Of a DNA stretch of 55,474 nt, positions 19,175 to 27,407 are shown one piece after another. The stretch is from IMG/VR virus record IMGVR_UViG_3300037993_000105, positions 1 to 55,474 of that record. One strand, 5' to 3'. How positions within the stretch are numbered: the stretch's first letter is position 1; the number at the start of each line of letters is the position of its first letter. The translations under genes were made by a program, and so were the position numbers. The notes under the pieces are model-generated. The model did not search any database and was not told the origin of the DNA. It worked only from the letters and a program-made list of their open reading frames with translations. Source of the DNA: a virus. Taxonomy: Duplodnaviria; Caudoviricetes.

Positions 19175-20281
19175 TTACACACTCGCGTTATCGGCGTACA
19201 TGTACTCTACTGCTGCGATTGTGGTTCCGCTACCACCAATCCACCAGTTCAATCCAAGCGGATGTATAGTCGGCAGGCTGGTGCTATGACAACACGCAGC
19301 CCCATTGATATACAGGGTTGCAACGCCGCCCGTCACCGTAATTTTTGCGTTGATACGAGCGCTAGTTGATGCATTTACACCCGAATCAACCTCAGTAGAC
19401 GAACCACCTATGGTCGTCATCAGCTGCCAGTTGGGTAGAGTCGGGTCATACGTCAGGTACACTCCATCACCAATAGCAGACGGGTCAGCCGTGCTATAAT
19501 CACAAGTACTTACGCCCCAACAGGCTCGTTTATTGCCCGGAGTAACAAGTGTAGCACAGCATTTGAAATTGATTGTACGAGTAGGCCAAATCCAGAACCA
19601 CCCATAGTAATTACCACCCGTCATCTGGTAAGAAACACCCGCAATCGCAGAAGCGGGATTCGCCTGATAGGGGGTTCCTATATCACCGACGGTAACGGCG
19701 TCACCTATCTGAATCATGTAGTAATTGGCGGTCAACGATGCTTCCCACATCGCGAATCGTGCCGCATCAGGTTGAGGAAGACAATTCGGGGTAGGAGCAG
19801 AAGCGGTAGCCTCAATCACACCTGCGCCCGCATCGGTGAAAGTCACGGTGCTCGTGTTTTCAAAATTTGCCACAGACGGCGAACTAAGCGCAGTGCCATT
19901 GACCTGTACAGCAGTTCCTGCCTGCACCGACGGTACCCAACTGATGACCTGATTAGGAATCCATGATCCGAGATCGAACGTGCCAGTACCTACTATTTGT
20001 TGATTGTTCGGCCCCCAAGCAGGCTGGCCTTGTGCGGTGTATCCCGTCACGGTGTAGTAACTGTTGATAGGGAGAAGAACATCGTTGCCCCAAACGTATT
20101 GACCTGCGACCGCGTTACCGCTGGCGTCAAGGTTTATGGTAATCTCAACTCCAGAAGCGATCATGGAGTCATTGACCTCTGAATCTTGACTTAGCCGCAT
20201 CTTGAGGTATCCAAGGGCAAGTACATTACCTTCGGCATCTTGAAAATTGCCACCTGTTAGTTCGACCTTTGCTACTGCCAT
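19175..20281 (-). CDS. Tail fiber/receptor-binding protein with C-terminal lectin/ConA-like domain
   Basis: N-terminal GGNFQDA.G adaptor domain; C-terminal ATLYING beta-sandwich pattern. Confidence 0.6.
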   Translation of the reverse strand: MAVAKVELTGGNFQDAEGNVLALGYLKMRLSQDSEVNDSMIASGVEITINLDASGNAVAGQYVWGNDVLLPINSYYTVTGYTAQGQPAWGPNNQQIVGTGTFDLGSWIPNQVISWVPSVQAGTAVQVNGTALSSPSVANFENTSTVTFTDAGAGVIEATASAPTPNCLPQPDAARFAMWEASLTANYYMIQIGDAVTVGDIGTPYQANPASAIAGVSYQMTGGNYYGWFWIWPTRTINFKCCATLVTPGNKRACWGVSTCDYSTADPSAIGDGVYLTYDPTLPNWQLMTTIGGSSTEVDSGVNASTSARINAKITVTGGVATLYINGAACCHSTSLPTIHPLGLNWWIGGSGTTIAAVEYMYADNASV

Positions 20282-20282
20282 T

Positions 20283-20585
20283 TTATACCTCTTCGACTGT
20301 CCAACTCGGGGCCGTGATGTAGAATTGTGATTCCCAAACCAACTGGCCGAGCGCCGTATAGCACTTGGCTATATAGACGGTATCAGGAGTCATCTGGTCG
20401 TTCGACCAGATATACCCAGACAAGTCTCCATTATCATCCAAGTCGAACGAAACTATCCTGTTCGCGGAGAGTTGACAATCGCCCGCGGTCGCATCGGTGT
20501 TGAGCTTAAAGGTCACTTTGCCGCCCGCTATAGGCTTACCCGCTGCGTCCTGAAAGTTGCCACCTGTGATGAGTATCTTAGCCAT
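20283..20585 (-). CDS. Stand-alone paralog of the fiber N-terminal adaptor domain
   Basis: MAKILITGGNFQDAAG vs MAVAKVELTGGNFQDAEG; shared W.ND, YTA.GQ..W. Confidence 0.7.
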   Translation of the reverse strand: MAKILITGGNFQDAAGKPIAGGKVTFKLNTDATAGDCQLSANRIVSFDLDDNGDLSGYIWSNDQMTPDTVYIAKCYTALGQLVWESQFYITAPSWTVEEV

Positions 20586-21532
20586 TATTGGCCTCTTGCT
20601 TGTTTGCCTTGCTGCATGTCCATGTTCTGGCCTGATGTCAGGTTGTTCCAGTTGTTGAGAAACACGTTACGATCTTCTTCACTGATGCCCTCAGCGCGCG
20701 CGAGCAATCCCGCAAGGAACTTCTGGTTGGCGACTTGAAATCGCGGGTCATCCGCAAACGCCCATATGAGCGCGAGAAAGCCCCAATTGACGACGTACTG
20801 CATGAAGTCCGGGATGGGTGCCCACGTTTGGTTCATGCTCGTGATTCGCGGGGCCGCTTTCTGGACGTGAATGCTTACGGGGTATGCCGCATCGGGGGCG
20901 GGCATGACGCGGAACGTCATGTTGCCGTTACCATCCTCTGTGTGAGGGTTGAGGAAGCGGGGCCGGTCAGTTTTGGAATCAAGCGACAAATTGTTCTTGA
21001 CTTCCATCTCCATCCAGATCGGTGTGGACGGGTTTATATCAAGTACAGAACAATGCTCAATGTGCGAGAACTCAGGAGCAGCCAGTGTGTAATCCTGTGT
21101 CGTTGTGACACTTGCTGTGCCCGTGTCCGCTGCCGACGCGTACGTAGCAAAGTTGGTTTGGGCTGTGAAGCCCGTCGGACTGTAGGTCTGTACGACGACG
21201 AGCTGTCCGTTCAAATTCGTCGCGGTCGTAAGCCCCTTGAGCAATACAGGATTGCCGTAGAAGAACGTGTTGTTGGCGGTCACCGTCAGCACGCCGTTGG
21301 CGTCGATAGCGATGTTCGTAATCGTCGACGATGCAGGTGTCGGGTTGCACGTAAACGATAGCTCTTCGTTATTCCACCACCAAGAAAAGGGCGGGCCGAG
21401 CACGGTCTGCAGAACCATGTTGGCATTCGAAAGTGCGGGCTCAAGGCTGTTGCCAATGACGGGGTTTCTGTCGAAGCTCAGTCGTTTGCACCAGTTGATG
21501 GTATCCAAAATTTTGACGGTTGAAAGTGCCAT
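20585..21532 (-). CDS. Head-tail adaptor/ring protein (gp4/tubular A-like), paralog 2
   Basis: PALS..N...L..PF.W.WN, QDY, P.PD..Y, IPD motifs; synteny. Confidence 0.65.
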   Translation of the reverse strand: MALSTVKILDTINWCKRLSFDRNPVIGNSLEPALSNANMVLQTVLGPPFSWWWNNEELSFTCNPTPASSTITNIAIDANGVLTVTANNTFFYGNPVLLKGLTTATNLNGQLVVVQTYSPTGFTAQTNFATYASAADTGTASVTTTQDYTLAAPEFSHIEHCSVLDINPSTPIWMEMEVKNNLSLDSKTDRPRFLNPHTEDGNGNMTFRVMPAPDAAYPVSIHVQKAAPRITSMNQTWAPIPDFMQYVVNWGFLALIWAFADDPRFQVANQKFLAGLLARAEGISEEDRNVFLNNWNNLTSGQNMDMQQGKQARGQ

Positions 21533-21541
21533 AAGGTTCCT

Positions 21542-21973
21542 TTACTCGGATTCTTTTTCTTCGGTCAATTTGCGAATGACCAGAGCGCCCCAAATGAAGG
21601 GTGCGAAGGTGTTAAACCACTCACCCATCATGATAGCGAAATCGCCGATGCTGTAGATGCTGCCAAGGTCGAACACATCTGCAAGAAAGTTTAGGTGCGT
21701 CTCATCGGTCATCACACAGTGCACATTGTCAATCATGCCGTCCGGCAACGCTACTTTGGGTGCGGGTGACACAAACGGGGGTGTGGGGATTGCAAGCGGT
21801 TCGGATTGCCCAAGCATGTCGCCTAACTTCACGGCGTTCAACATCACGGGGAAACGGTCATGATTCGCAATAAGCACGGCCTGATTTGACGCGATGCCAG
21901 TGCCGAGAATTGCCCACGGTGCGAGCAGAACGTATAAGAATGTTTTGCTAAGAAACTGTCGAATCTTGTTCAT
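21542..21973 (-). CDS. DUF5317-like membrane protein
   Basis: G..SN..V..AN....PV ... H..M...T.L.FL.D......SIGD..I..G pattern; AAAGGA SD before MNKIR. Confidence 0.7.
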   Translation of the reverse strand: MNKIRQFLSKTFLYVLLAPWAILGTGIASNQAVLIANHDRFPVMLNAVKLGDMLGQSEPLAIPTPPFVSPAPKVALPDGMIDNVHCVMTDETHLNFLADVFDLGSIYSIGDFAIMMGEWFNTFAPFIWGALVIRKLTEEKESE

Positions 21974-22048
21974 GGGGTTCCTTTCCAGACAGAGCATTCA
22001 TTTTCGTCGCTTTCGGCACTTGCTGAAACCCTCTGTTCGACGTAATTA

Positions 22049-23128
22049 TCAATAGCCCCAGCCCCCGAACGGGTAAGCTGGGTTGACGGGGTTAATGCCG
22101 TATCCTGTATCCATGACGCCCGCCGCTGTCGGGTAGAATCCCCAGTCGTCTTGCTCGCGGGAGCCCTGACGGACAGCATTATCGCAGGACTTCAACCATA
22201 TCGCCCATTCATCTTTGAACTTCGCTCGCACCTTTGCATCAGGCGAACGACGGAAGCATTGTGCGAAAAACCCTTGCTTGAAATACGAGTAGTAGTCGTC
22301 GGGCACAGGGTCGATATATTGCGACATCTTCGTAAAGAGAGGAACGCGCGCCTGTCCTACTGGCAGAATTCTCCACATTGGCCCCGTCTGTGCTGGCGCG
22401 GGGTTGATACGGAAGCCTTGCCCCTTGGGATTGATTGCGGTCCACACGACAGTGCCGTCAGTGGCAGTCGTCGCCACAATAGTCTGGTTGGCAAGTGTTG
22501 GGAACACAGGGTTTAGGTTTGTGAGAAATGGGTTAGTCGATCCGCATACCCCGTATGTCGTGACAACCCACAAATTGCCGAAGGCGTCCGTGATGCAGGT
22601 GATGGGGTTTCTCGGGGTAGTTGTAAGTCCGGATGGGCTCGTATAGACAACGCCGGGACCGGGGTTCGGACACCCAGTCAGGCCGTCGATCTGACTTTGC
22701 CCCCACATGCCACACTGCATCGTGTCATTCTGCATCCAGCTTATTTTACAAACTCTGCTGGTGCTCATTTGCGTGCTGACTTCCAAAACGTCTCGCTTGA
22801 CTTCGATGGGAACGATGATCTTGGGGAATGTGGTGATGTTCTGATAGACCGCGGTGCAGCTTTCAAGCCAGCCGAGGTTCAGAAGTCCGGGGATGAAATA
22901 GTCTTGCTGGTAACTGTTGATATAAAATGGCGGAACCAGAATGCGGTTCCACTTCCAGTTGAACGGTTCCCCGTCGGGTGTGCCTGCTAACATTGCCGTC
23001 ATGGTGTCATTTGTGATCGACAGCGCGGGCTGGTCGGAGTACCCACCGTTGGGCAGTACTGGCGCAATCTCTGCGAATGTAAGTGCATCGTCCACAAGTG
23101 CGCGAATTTGAATCGAACTGTTCCCCAT
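22049..23128 (-). CDS. Head-tail adaptor/ring protein (gp4/tubular A-like), paralog 1
   Basis: PALSITN...PFNWKWNR, QQDY, P.P, VPDDY; start MGNSS after AGGAG. Confidence 0.65.
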   Translation of the reverse strand: MGNSSIQIRALVDDALTFAEIAPVLPNGGYSDQPALSITNDTMTAMLAGTPDGEPFNWKWNRILVPPFYINSYQQDYFIPGLLNLGWLESCTAVYQNITTFPKIIVPIEVKRDVLEVSTQMSTSRVCKISWMQNDTMQCGMWGQSQIDGLTGCPNPGPGVVYTSPSGLTTTPRNPITCITDAFGNLWVVTTYGVCGSTNPFLTNLNPVFPTLANQTIVATTATDGTVVWTAINPKGQGFRINPAPAQTGPMWRILPVGQARVPLFTKMSQYIDPVPDDYYSYFKQGFFAQCFRRSPDAKVRAKFKDEWAIWLKSCDNAVRQGSREQDDWGFYPTAAGVMDTGYGINPVNPAYPFGGWGY

Positions 23129-23200
23129 AGGTCTCCTAAATAGAAAATGAAGCGGCATTGCTCTTGAGAGCCAAGCCCCGCGCCGCAACGGTTGATAGAT

Positions 23201-23890
23201 TTACCTCAGGTTAGTCGAAGCAATTCGCTCCCGGTAAATGTCGGCAGCGTCCACCATCTTGCCCGACGCTACGTCGAACGTAGAGAAGCGACATTGGACT
23301 GAGCCTGACATCGAGTTGTTTGTTTCGAAGTTACACGCACGAAGGTATTCCACTCGCGCCGCTTCGAACTTTTCCTTGTCGAACTTTCCATCCTTCACGG
23401 AGACGTTCTTGCCGTCGCGGAAGTAGAAGTTCTTTTCGACCGGAGGTGCCCACGTCTTAGCGCAGCGAAGGCAGCGTACCCAGATGTCGCCGTTAATCAT
23501 TTGGTGCTTGATGACCGAATACTGGTTACCGTTGCCACCTGTCGAGATGACGCGCATGTCGCGCTGGCTTGCCGTTCCACCCTTTTTATGGGTGCAAATG
23601 GTCCAACGATACAGGTCAGTCGCGTCCGCCTGTGCAAATGCCTTACCCTGAGACTCACGGTCGTACTGGAGTTGTTTGGACGCCAGTGCTTCCTTTTCGA
23701 GTTCAATCTTCAATTTCCTGATGTCGAGATTCCGACGCTCGCGCTCAGCCGCCTTGGCTTCCAACTCTTCTCGCAAGTTCTGCTGTTCCAACAGAACGTT
23801 CTCAAGTTGAATGCGCTTGATCTGTTCGTTCGTCGTTTCCGGCACTGTGGTCGTAATGGCGGTTACTGCAGTGTTTCCTTCGATACTCAT
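23201..23890 (-). CDS. Hypothetical protein (coiled coil plus C/H-CxxC putative Zn site)
   Basis: AGGAGGAG SD; coiled-coil N-half; CTHKKG...CLRC. Confidence 0.7.
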   Translation of the reverse strand: MSIEGNTAVTAITTTVPETTNEQIKRIQLENVLLEQQNLREELEAKAAERERRNLDIRKLKIELEKEALASKQLQYDRESQGKAFAQADATDLYRWTICTHKKGGTASQRDMRVISTGGNGNQYSVIKHQMINGDIWVRCLRCAKTWAPPVEKNFYFRDGKNVSVKDGKFDKEKFEAARVEYLRACNFETNNSMSGSVQCRFSTFDVASGKMVDAADIYRERIASTNLR

Positions 23891-23899
23891 GACTCCTCC

Positions 23900-24154
23900 T
23901 TAGTTTTCTTTCAAAGCTACGGGACTTTCTCCCGACAAAAAATCAACGTACGACTGACATGATTTTGGATCAGTCGGCGGAAAGAAATGTTGTAATGCAC
24001 GCTGACGGGTGACTTCCGCGTTTTTGTATGCCCGACTCGCGCTAGTTTCAAAAGTAAATGTCCAACACCATGTGTAAAAACACAAGGAAACATCTACATA
24101 AAATTTTTGCTTGTTTACAAACACACCGAATGAGACCTGATTTCTAGTCTGCAT
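23900..24154 (-). CDS. Hypothetical protein, AT-rich insert
   Basis: AGGAGG SD; visibly lower GC than neighbours. Confidence 0.55.
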   Translation of the reverse strand: MQTRNQVSFGVFVNKQKFYVDVSLCFYTWCWTFTFETSASRAYKNAEVTRQRALQHFFPPTDPKSCQSYVDFLSGESPVALKEN

Positions 24155-24162
24155 GAGTCCTC

Positions 24163-24837
24163 CTATATTCTCCCACCTGCGCGTCGGAACTGATACAGCG
24201 TTTCGTTGTACCGACTGAAGGCTGGTGTTTGTTTCGGCTTACCAAAAACTTCGTCCGCCTGTGCTTCTGTCAATGCGGACTTCAAAATCAACTGCAAGAG
24301 ACACGTTCTCCAGCCGCGGTATTTCTCCGCAAGTGGTACTCCGTGCTCGTCGAACGACATGACACTCAACTCGGGCATAAAGCCCAACTGCACCCAGCAA
24401 CCTACCTCAGACGGCAGGCTATCGCGCTGAATGATCAGTGTCACCATCCTCGGCATTGGATGGGGTTTATACCAACACTTGACGCCTGCTTTGCGCAGCT
24501 TGCCAATGAACTCCGAAGAGTGCATTATGGTTCCGACTCTTGCGCCCGCATCCGCGTACTCGCCCGGCTCGACCCATTGATATTCTTTGGCAAGCGCTGC
24601 GTTTTGTTCCTGCCAGCGTGCCAACTCCTCTTTGTTCAAATTGCTCGTGCTGTCATGGACACGCGTTGCGTAGTCGTCAATCTCGGCCTGAAGTTCAGAG
24701 GTGACATTTTCACCATCCAACGACTCGTTCCACGTCTTTTTCGACCGCACCGGCTGTGCTATCGTTGGGACGGGTGTGGGTGCTGAATTTTCCCACCGTT
24801 CAAAATAATCCTGATTGCTCACAAACCCTGTGCTCAT
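24163..24837 (-). CDS. Hypothetical virion-region protein
   Basis: Start MSTGF at 24837 after GGAGGAG. Confidence 0.7.
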   Translation of the reverse strand: MSTGFVSNQDYFERWENSAPTPVPTIAQPVRSKKTWNESLDGENVTSELQAEIDDYATRVHDSTSNLNKEELARWQEQNAALAKEYQWVEPGEYADAGARVGTIMHSSEFIGKLRKAGVKCWYKPHPMPRMVTLIIQRDSLPSEVGCWVQLGFMPELSVMSFDEHGVPLAEKYRGWRTCLLQLILKSALTEAQADEVFGKPKQTPAFSRYNETLYQFRRAGGRI

Positions 24838-24978
24838 GACTCCTCCGGTTTCCACTGACTCCGCTGGCCGAGGGCGAAGGACCGCTTCCGCCGAGGGAGT
24901 CATTGCACATCATGATGCTGTATATCGGTCGCTCGTGCGGGGATCAGCCGCAGTCACTTCCGACGCTTCGTCGCTGTG

Positions 24979-25257
24979 TTAACCCAGCGCTTCCACCTCG
25001 TGCGATGCTTTGGGTAATCCACCCGGTGTTGCATCGCCACTGACCGTGGCATCAAATTTCCCTTCACATAAATCTTTGAACATCTCGTCGTTCTGCTGAG
25101 CGACCTCGACCGTGCGCCTCAGGCTTTCGTTGGCTGTTCGCAAAGCGCGAACAACCGTTCTCAAAATTCGGTTCGAATTACGAACCTTCGTGACCTCATG
25201 CTGCAGGATGTCGTTGGACTCAATGAGCCCTGCGATGACCAAATCCTTGTCCTCCAT
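24979..25257 (-). CDS. Hypothetical coiled-coil protein
   Basis: GAGGAGG SD. Confidence 0.65.
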   Translation of the reverse strand: MEDKDLVIAGLIESNDILQHEVTKVRNSNRILRTVVRALRTANESLRRTVEVAQQNDEMFKDLCEGKFDATVSGDATPGGLPKASHEVEALG

Positions 25258-25736
25258 ATAGCCTCCTCTGACTATTTACCGTACGGCGCTCGCCGCTGCA
25301 AACTTGAATCTGTAAGCCGCCCAACCCGACGCTATGCATTCTGGGTCGGCAACACTTGGCGTGTCATAGTACAAAACGTGGGCCTTGATGTTATTCTCAA
25401 AGAGATCAACTATGTGTACACCAACACCGTACTTACGCATGGCATTCCCGACCAGCGCATTATACGTCGAAGCGCACATGTGTCCCAATCGCTCAGCAAC
25501 GACCGTAATTACGTCTGTGGGTTGTGTGTTAAACCAGTCGCAATACTCCTCAAGGGATACGTACTTGGTGTTGTCAATGACGCCTAACTGAATGACATGA
25601 CATGGTGCGTCGGTCTTAGACAACTTCAACCAATCAATCTGGCCTTTGTCGTAGAATCGCATGTCCTGACGGACAGTTTGTTCGAATGCCTGTTGGAACT
25701 CCTCCTCTTTGTTCATATAGCCTCCTCTGACTATTT
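25255..25736. repeat. 23-bp direct repeat pair CATATAGCCTCCTCTGACTATTT (25255..25277 and 25714..25736)
   Basis: Exact match read from the sequence; each copy holds TAG + SD + ATG on the minus strand. Confidence 0.9.
25276..25716 (-). CDS. Hypothetical protein (MNKEEEF...)
   Basis: Same SD/ATG block as the downstream gene. Confidence 0.65.
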   Translation of the reverse strand: MNKEEEFQQAFEQTVRQDMRFYDKGQIDWLKLSKTDAPCHVIQLGVIDNTKYVSLEEYCDWFNTQPTDVITVVAERLGHMCASTYNALVGNAMRKYGVGVHIVDLFENNIKAHVLYYDTPSVADPECIASGWAAYRFKFAAASAVR

Positions 25737-25859
25737 GTGTAGCAACAAAATATGGTTGTAATGCACGAGCAACAAGATGCCCGTTACCTGAATTACGACG
25801 GAGATGACCGCTGCGACGGTACGAACAAACGCCCATCGACTTTCCCATTTACTCAGCAT
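25731..25859 (-). CDS. 42-aa single-TM protein (not in ORF track)
   Basis: GGAGGGAG SD; MLSKWESRWAFVRTVAAVISVVIQVTGILLLVHYNHILLLHK. Confidence 0.65.
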   Translation of the reverse strand: MLSKWESRWAFVRTVAAVISVVIQVTGILLLVHYNHILLLHK

Positions 25860-25927
25860 ATCTCCCTCCGAAAGATTAGGGGCAGGATGCGCGATACTCT
25901 GCTTGCAGGTCGCCTGCCCTCTGTTTC

Positions 25928-26077
25928 TTAGCCTATACTTGTGCCACCTGTCACGGTGACAAGCAGTGTGGATTTGCCGCGCGTGCCCGCGACTGTGGGA
26001 GAAATGAGGTGGACGCCAGTGCCTGTCAATACGACTGCGGCTGCAACGCCGAGCCCTGTAGTAGGATTATCTGACAT
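25928..26077 (-). CDS. 49-aa mini-paralog of the upstream decoration protein (not in ORF track)
   Basis: MSDNPTTGLGVAAAVVLTGTGV...LLVTVTG matches HNPTDGLNVAAYVQVTGTNI and IVVTVVA; AAAGGA SD. Confidence 0.65.
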   Translation of the reverse strand: MSDNPTTGLGVAAAVVLTGTGVHLISPTVAGTRGKSTLLVTVTGGTSIG

Positions 26078-26096
26078 ATGTTTTTCCTTTCAGAGT

Positions 26097-26117
26097 GGGG
26101 CGGTAAATAACCGCCCC
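26097..26117 (-). terminator. GC-rich hairpin after the decoration gene
   Basis: GGGGCGGT-loop-ACCGCCCC; no clear U tract. Confidence 0.4.
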
Positions 26118-26127
26118 TGTACTCGGG

Positions 26128-26712
26128 TTACGCTACAACCGTGACAACAATCTGTGCATAAATCATCTGCACAGGATCGCCAGATGCCTGCGAGGGCTCC
26201 GGGTCTGCCGCAGCACTTGCGAAATCGAAAGTCGGGAACTGCACTTCGATAACCGCTTGGCCGAGAGCCAGACCAGTGATGAGGCCTGTGGAACTGACCG
26301 ATGCTACGCTGCCGTTATAGCCAGCGAATGCCGACGGTCGGTACCATGCGGGAGCGCCCGCTGCGGGGTCGTTGTACGACTTGTAGACAGGCGAGCCAAC
26401 CGGAGTATAGGTCGTGTTAGCCACGTCCTTCAGGACAGTGGTCAATTGGCAAGTGTCAGCGTAAACGGTTCCGCCGTAAGTCGCGCCCGACAAACTCAGT
26501 GTCAGAGCATATTGTGCGACAGGGTGATTGGTCGATGCGACCGCGCCGTAGCCTTCGCCGTTCAGACCACGAGTGTCATTAGGCGTTGCTTCGGTAGCGA
26601 CGGTCAGTCCGCCATTGGCGGGGTTGGTGATGTTAGTGCCGGTCACTTGGACGTAAGCCGCTACGTTCAGGCCATCAGTCGGATTGTGCTGTGGATTCGG
26701 ATTTCCGGACAT
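26128..26712 (-). CDS. Ig-like (Big_2) domain capsid decoration/structural protein
   Basis: VASVSSTGLITGLALGQAVIEV Big_2 signature; just downstream of the capsid gene. Confidence 0.7.
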   Translation of the reverse strand: MSGNPNPQHNPTDGLNVAAYVQVTGTNITNPANGGLTVATEATPNDTRGLNGEGYGAVASTNHPVAQYALTLSLSGATYGGTVYADTCQLTTVLKDVANTTYTPVGSPVYKSYNDPAAGAPAWYRPSAFAGYNGSVASVSSTGLITGLALGQAVIEVQFPTFDFASAAADPEPSQASGDPVQMIYAQIVVTVVA

Positions 26713-26715
26713 AGA

Positions 26716-27336
26716 TTATTTCCCTTCTGCGAGGGCCTTAGCCCTCGTCAACACTTCTGTGATTCTCATGTCCACAAGCAGAGACGGAATCTGGTGCCCG
26801 AAGTTCCTAGTCATAGCCATTTCCATCCAAGCCCGTAATGAAAACTTTGACTTGCTAGCTTGGCATGACAACATCGAACTCTCAGGATGTGAACTGCAAC
26901 AAGGCACGAGGTTACCTTTTACATGTCCAAGAGATGAATCAATTCGATCCAACCCCCAAACTTTTCCTTTTTCAGGTAATCGACCACAATAAGTACAAGT
27001 TCGTGGATTTCCAGAATCGTCCAGATAGTAATGAATCACTTCTGTCGGATTAGAAAAACCAAATTCTCGTCCTGCTACTTTGTCCGTCCAACGCATTCCA
27101 TTATATCGTTTTCTGATAATCTTGTAATAGCCGTTAGACATCTTCTGTGCTCGTGCAGTGAATGCCGAGCCCGCTTGTATATATTCCACAAGCGTACCGT
27201 CTTTTCGCCATCCGGCAGCCCAATCCTGTATCGTATCAATACAAACACCTGTTCGGTTCGATATTTCCTGTTGGCTTCTCCGTAGACGCAACAACTCTAA
27301 AACTTTACTTTTCACTTCTTCTGGAAGTGCTTTCAT
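26716..27336 (-). CDS. Free-standing HNH-type homing endonuclease with N-terminal HTH
   Basis: SQQEISNRTGVCIDTIQDW HTH; CTYCG...GLDRIDSSLGHVKGNLVPCC...C..SK; AT-rich. Confidence 0.8.
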   Translation of the reverse strand: MKALPEEVKSKVLELLRLRRSQQEISNRTGVCIDTIQDWAAGWRKDGTLVEYIQAGSAFTARAQKMSNGYYKIIRKRYNGMRWTDKVAGREFGFSNPTEVIHYYLDDSGNPRTCTYCGRLPEKGKVWGLDRIDSSLGHVKGNLVPCCSSHPESSMLSCQASKSKFSLRAWMEMAMTRNFGHQIPSLLVDMRITEVLTRAKALAEGK

Positions 27337-27407
27337 GTTCCCTCCTTAATAGGGATGCCAAAGGCGGGTGATTAAGGCACCCGCCCACGGACTTGTGCAA
27401 CCAGTGA

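Noticed and set aside
21985-22045. c-di-GMP-I riboswitch or hammerhead upstream of the DUF5317-like gene
   Set aside because: GCAAGUGCCGAAAGCGACGAAAA only loosely resembles the motif; no second stem with a tetraloop receptor and no CUGANGA core.
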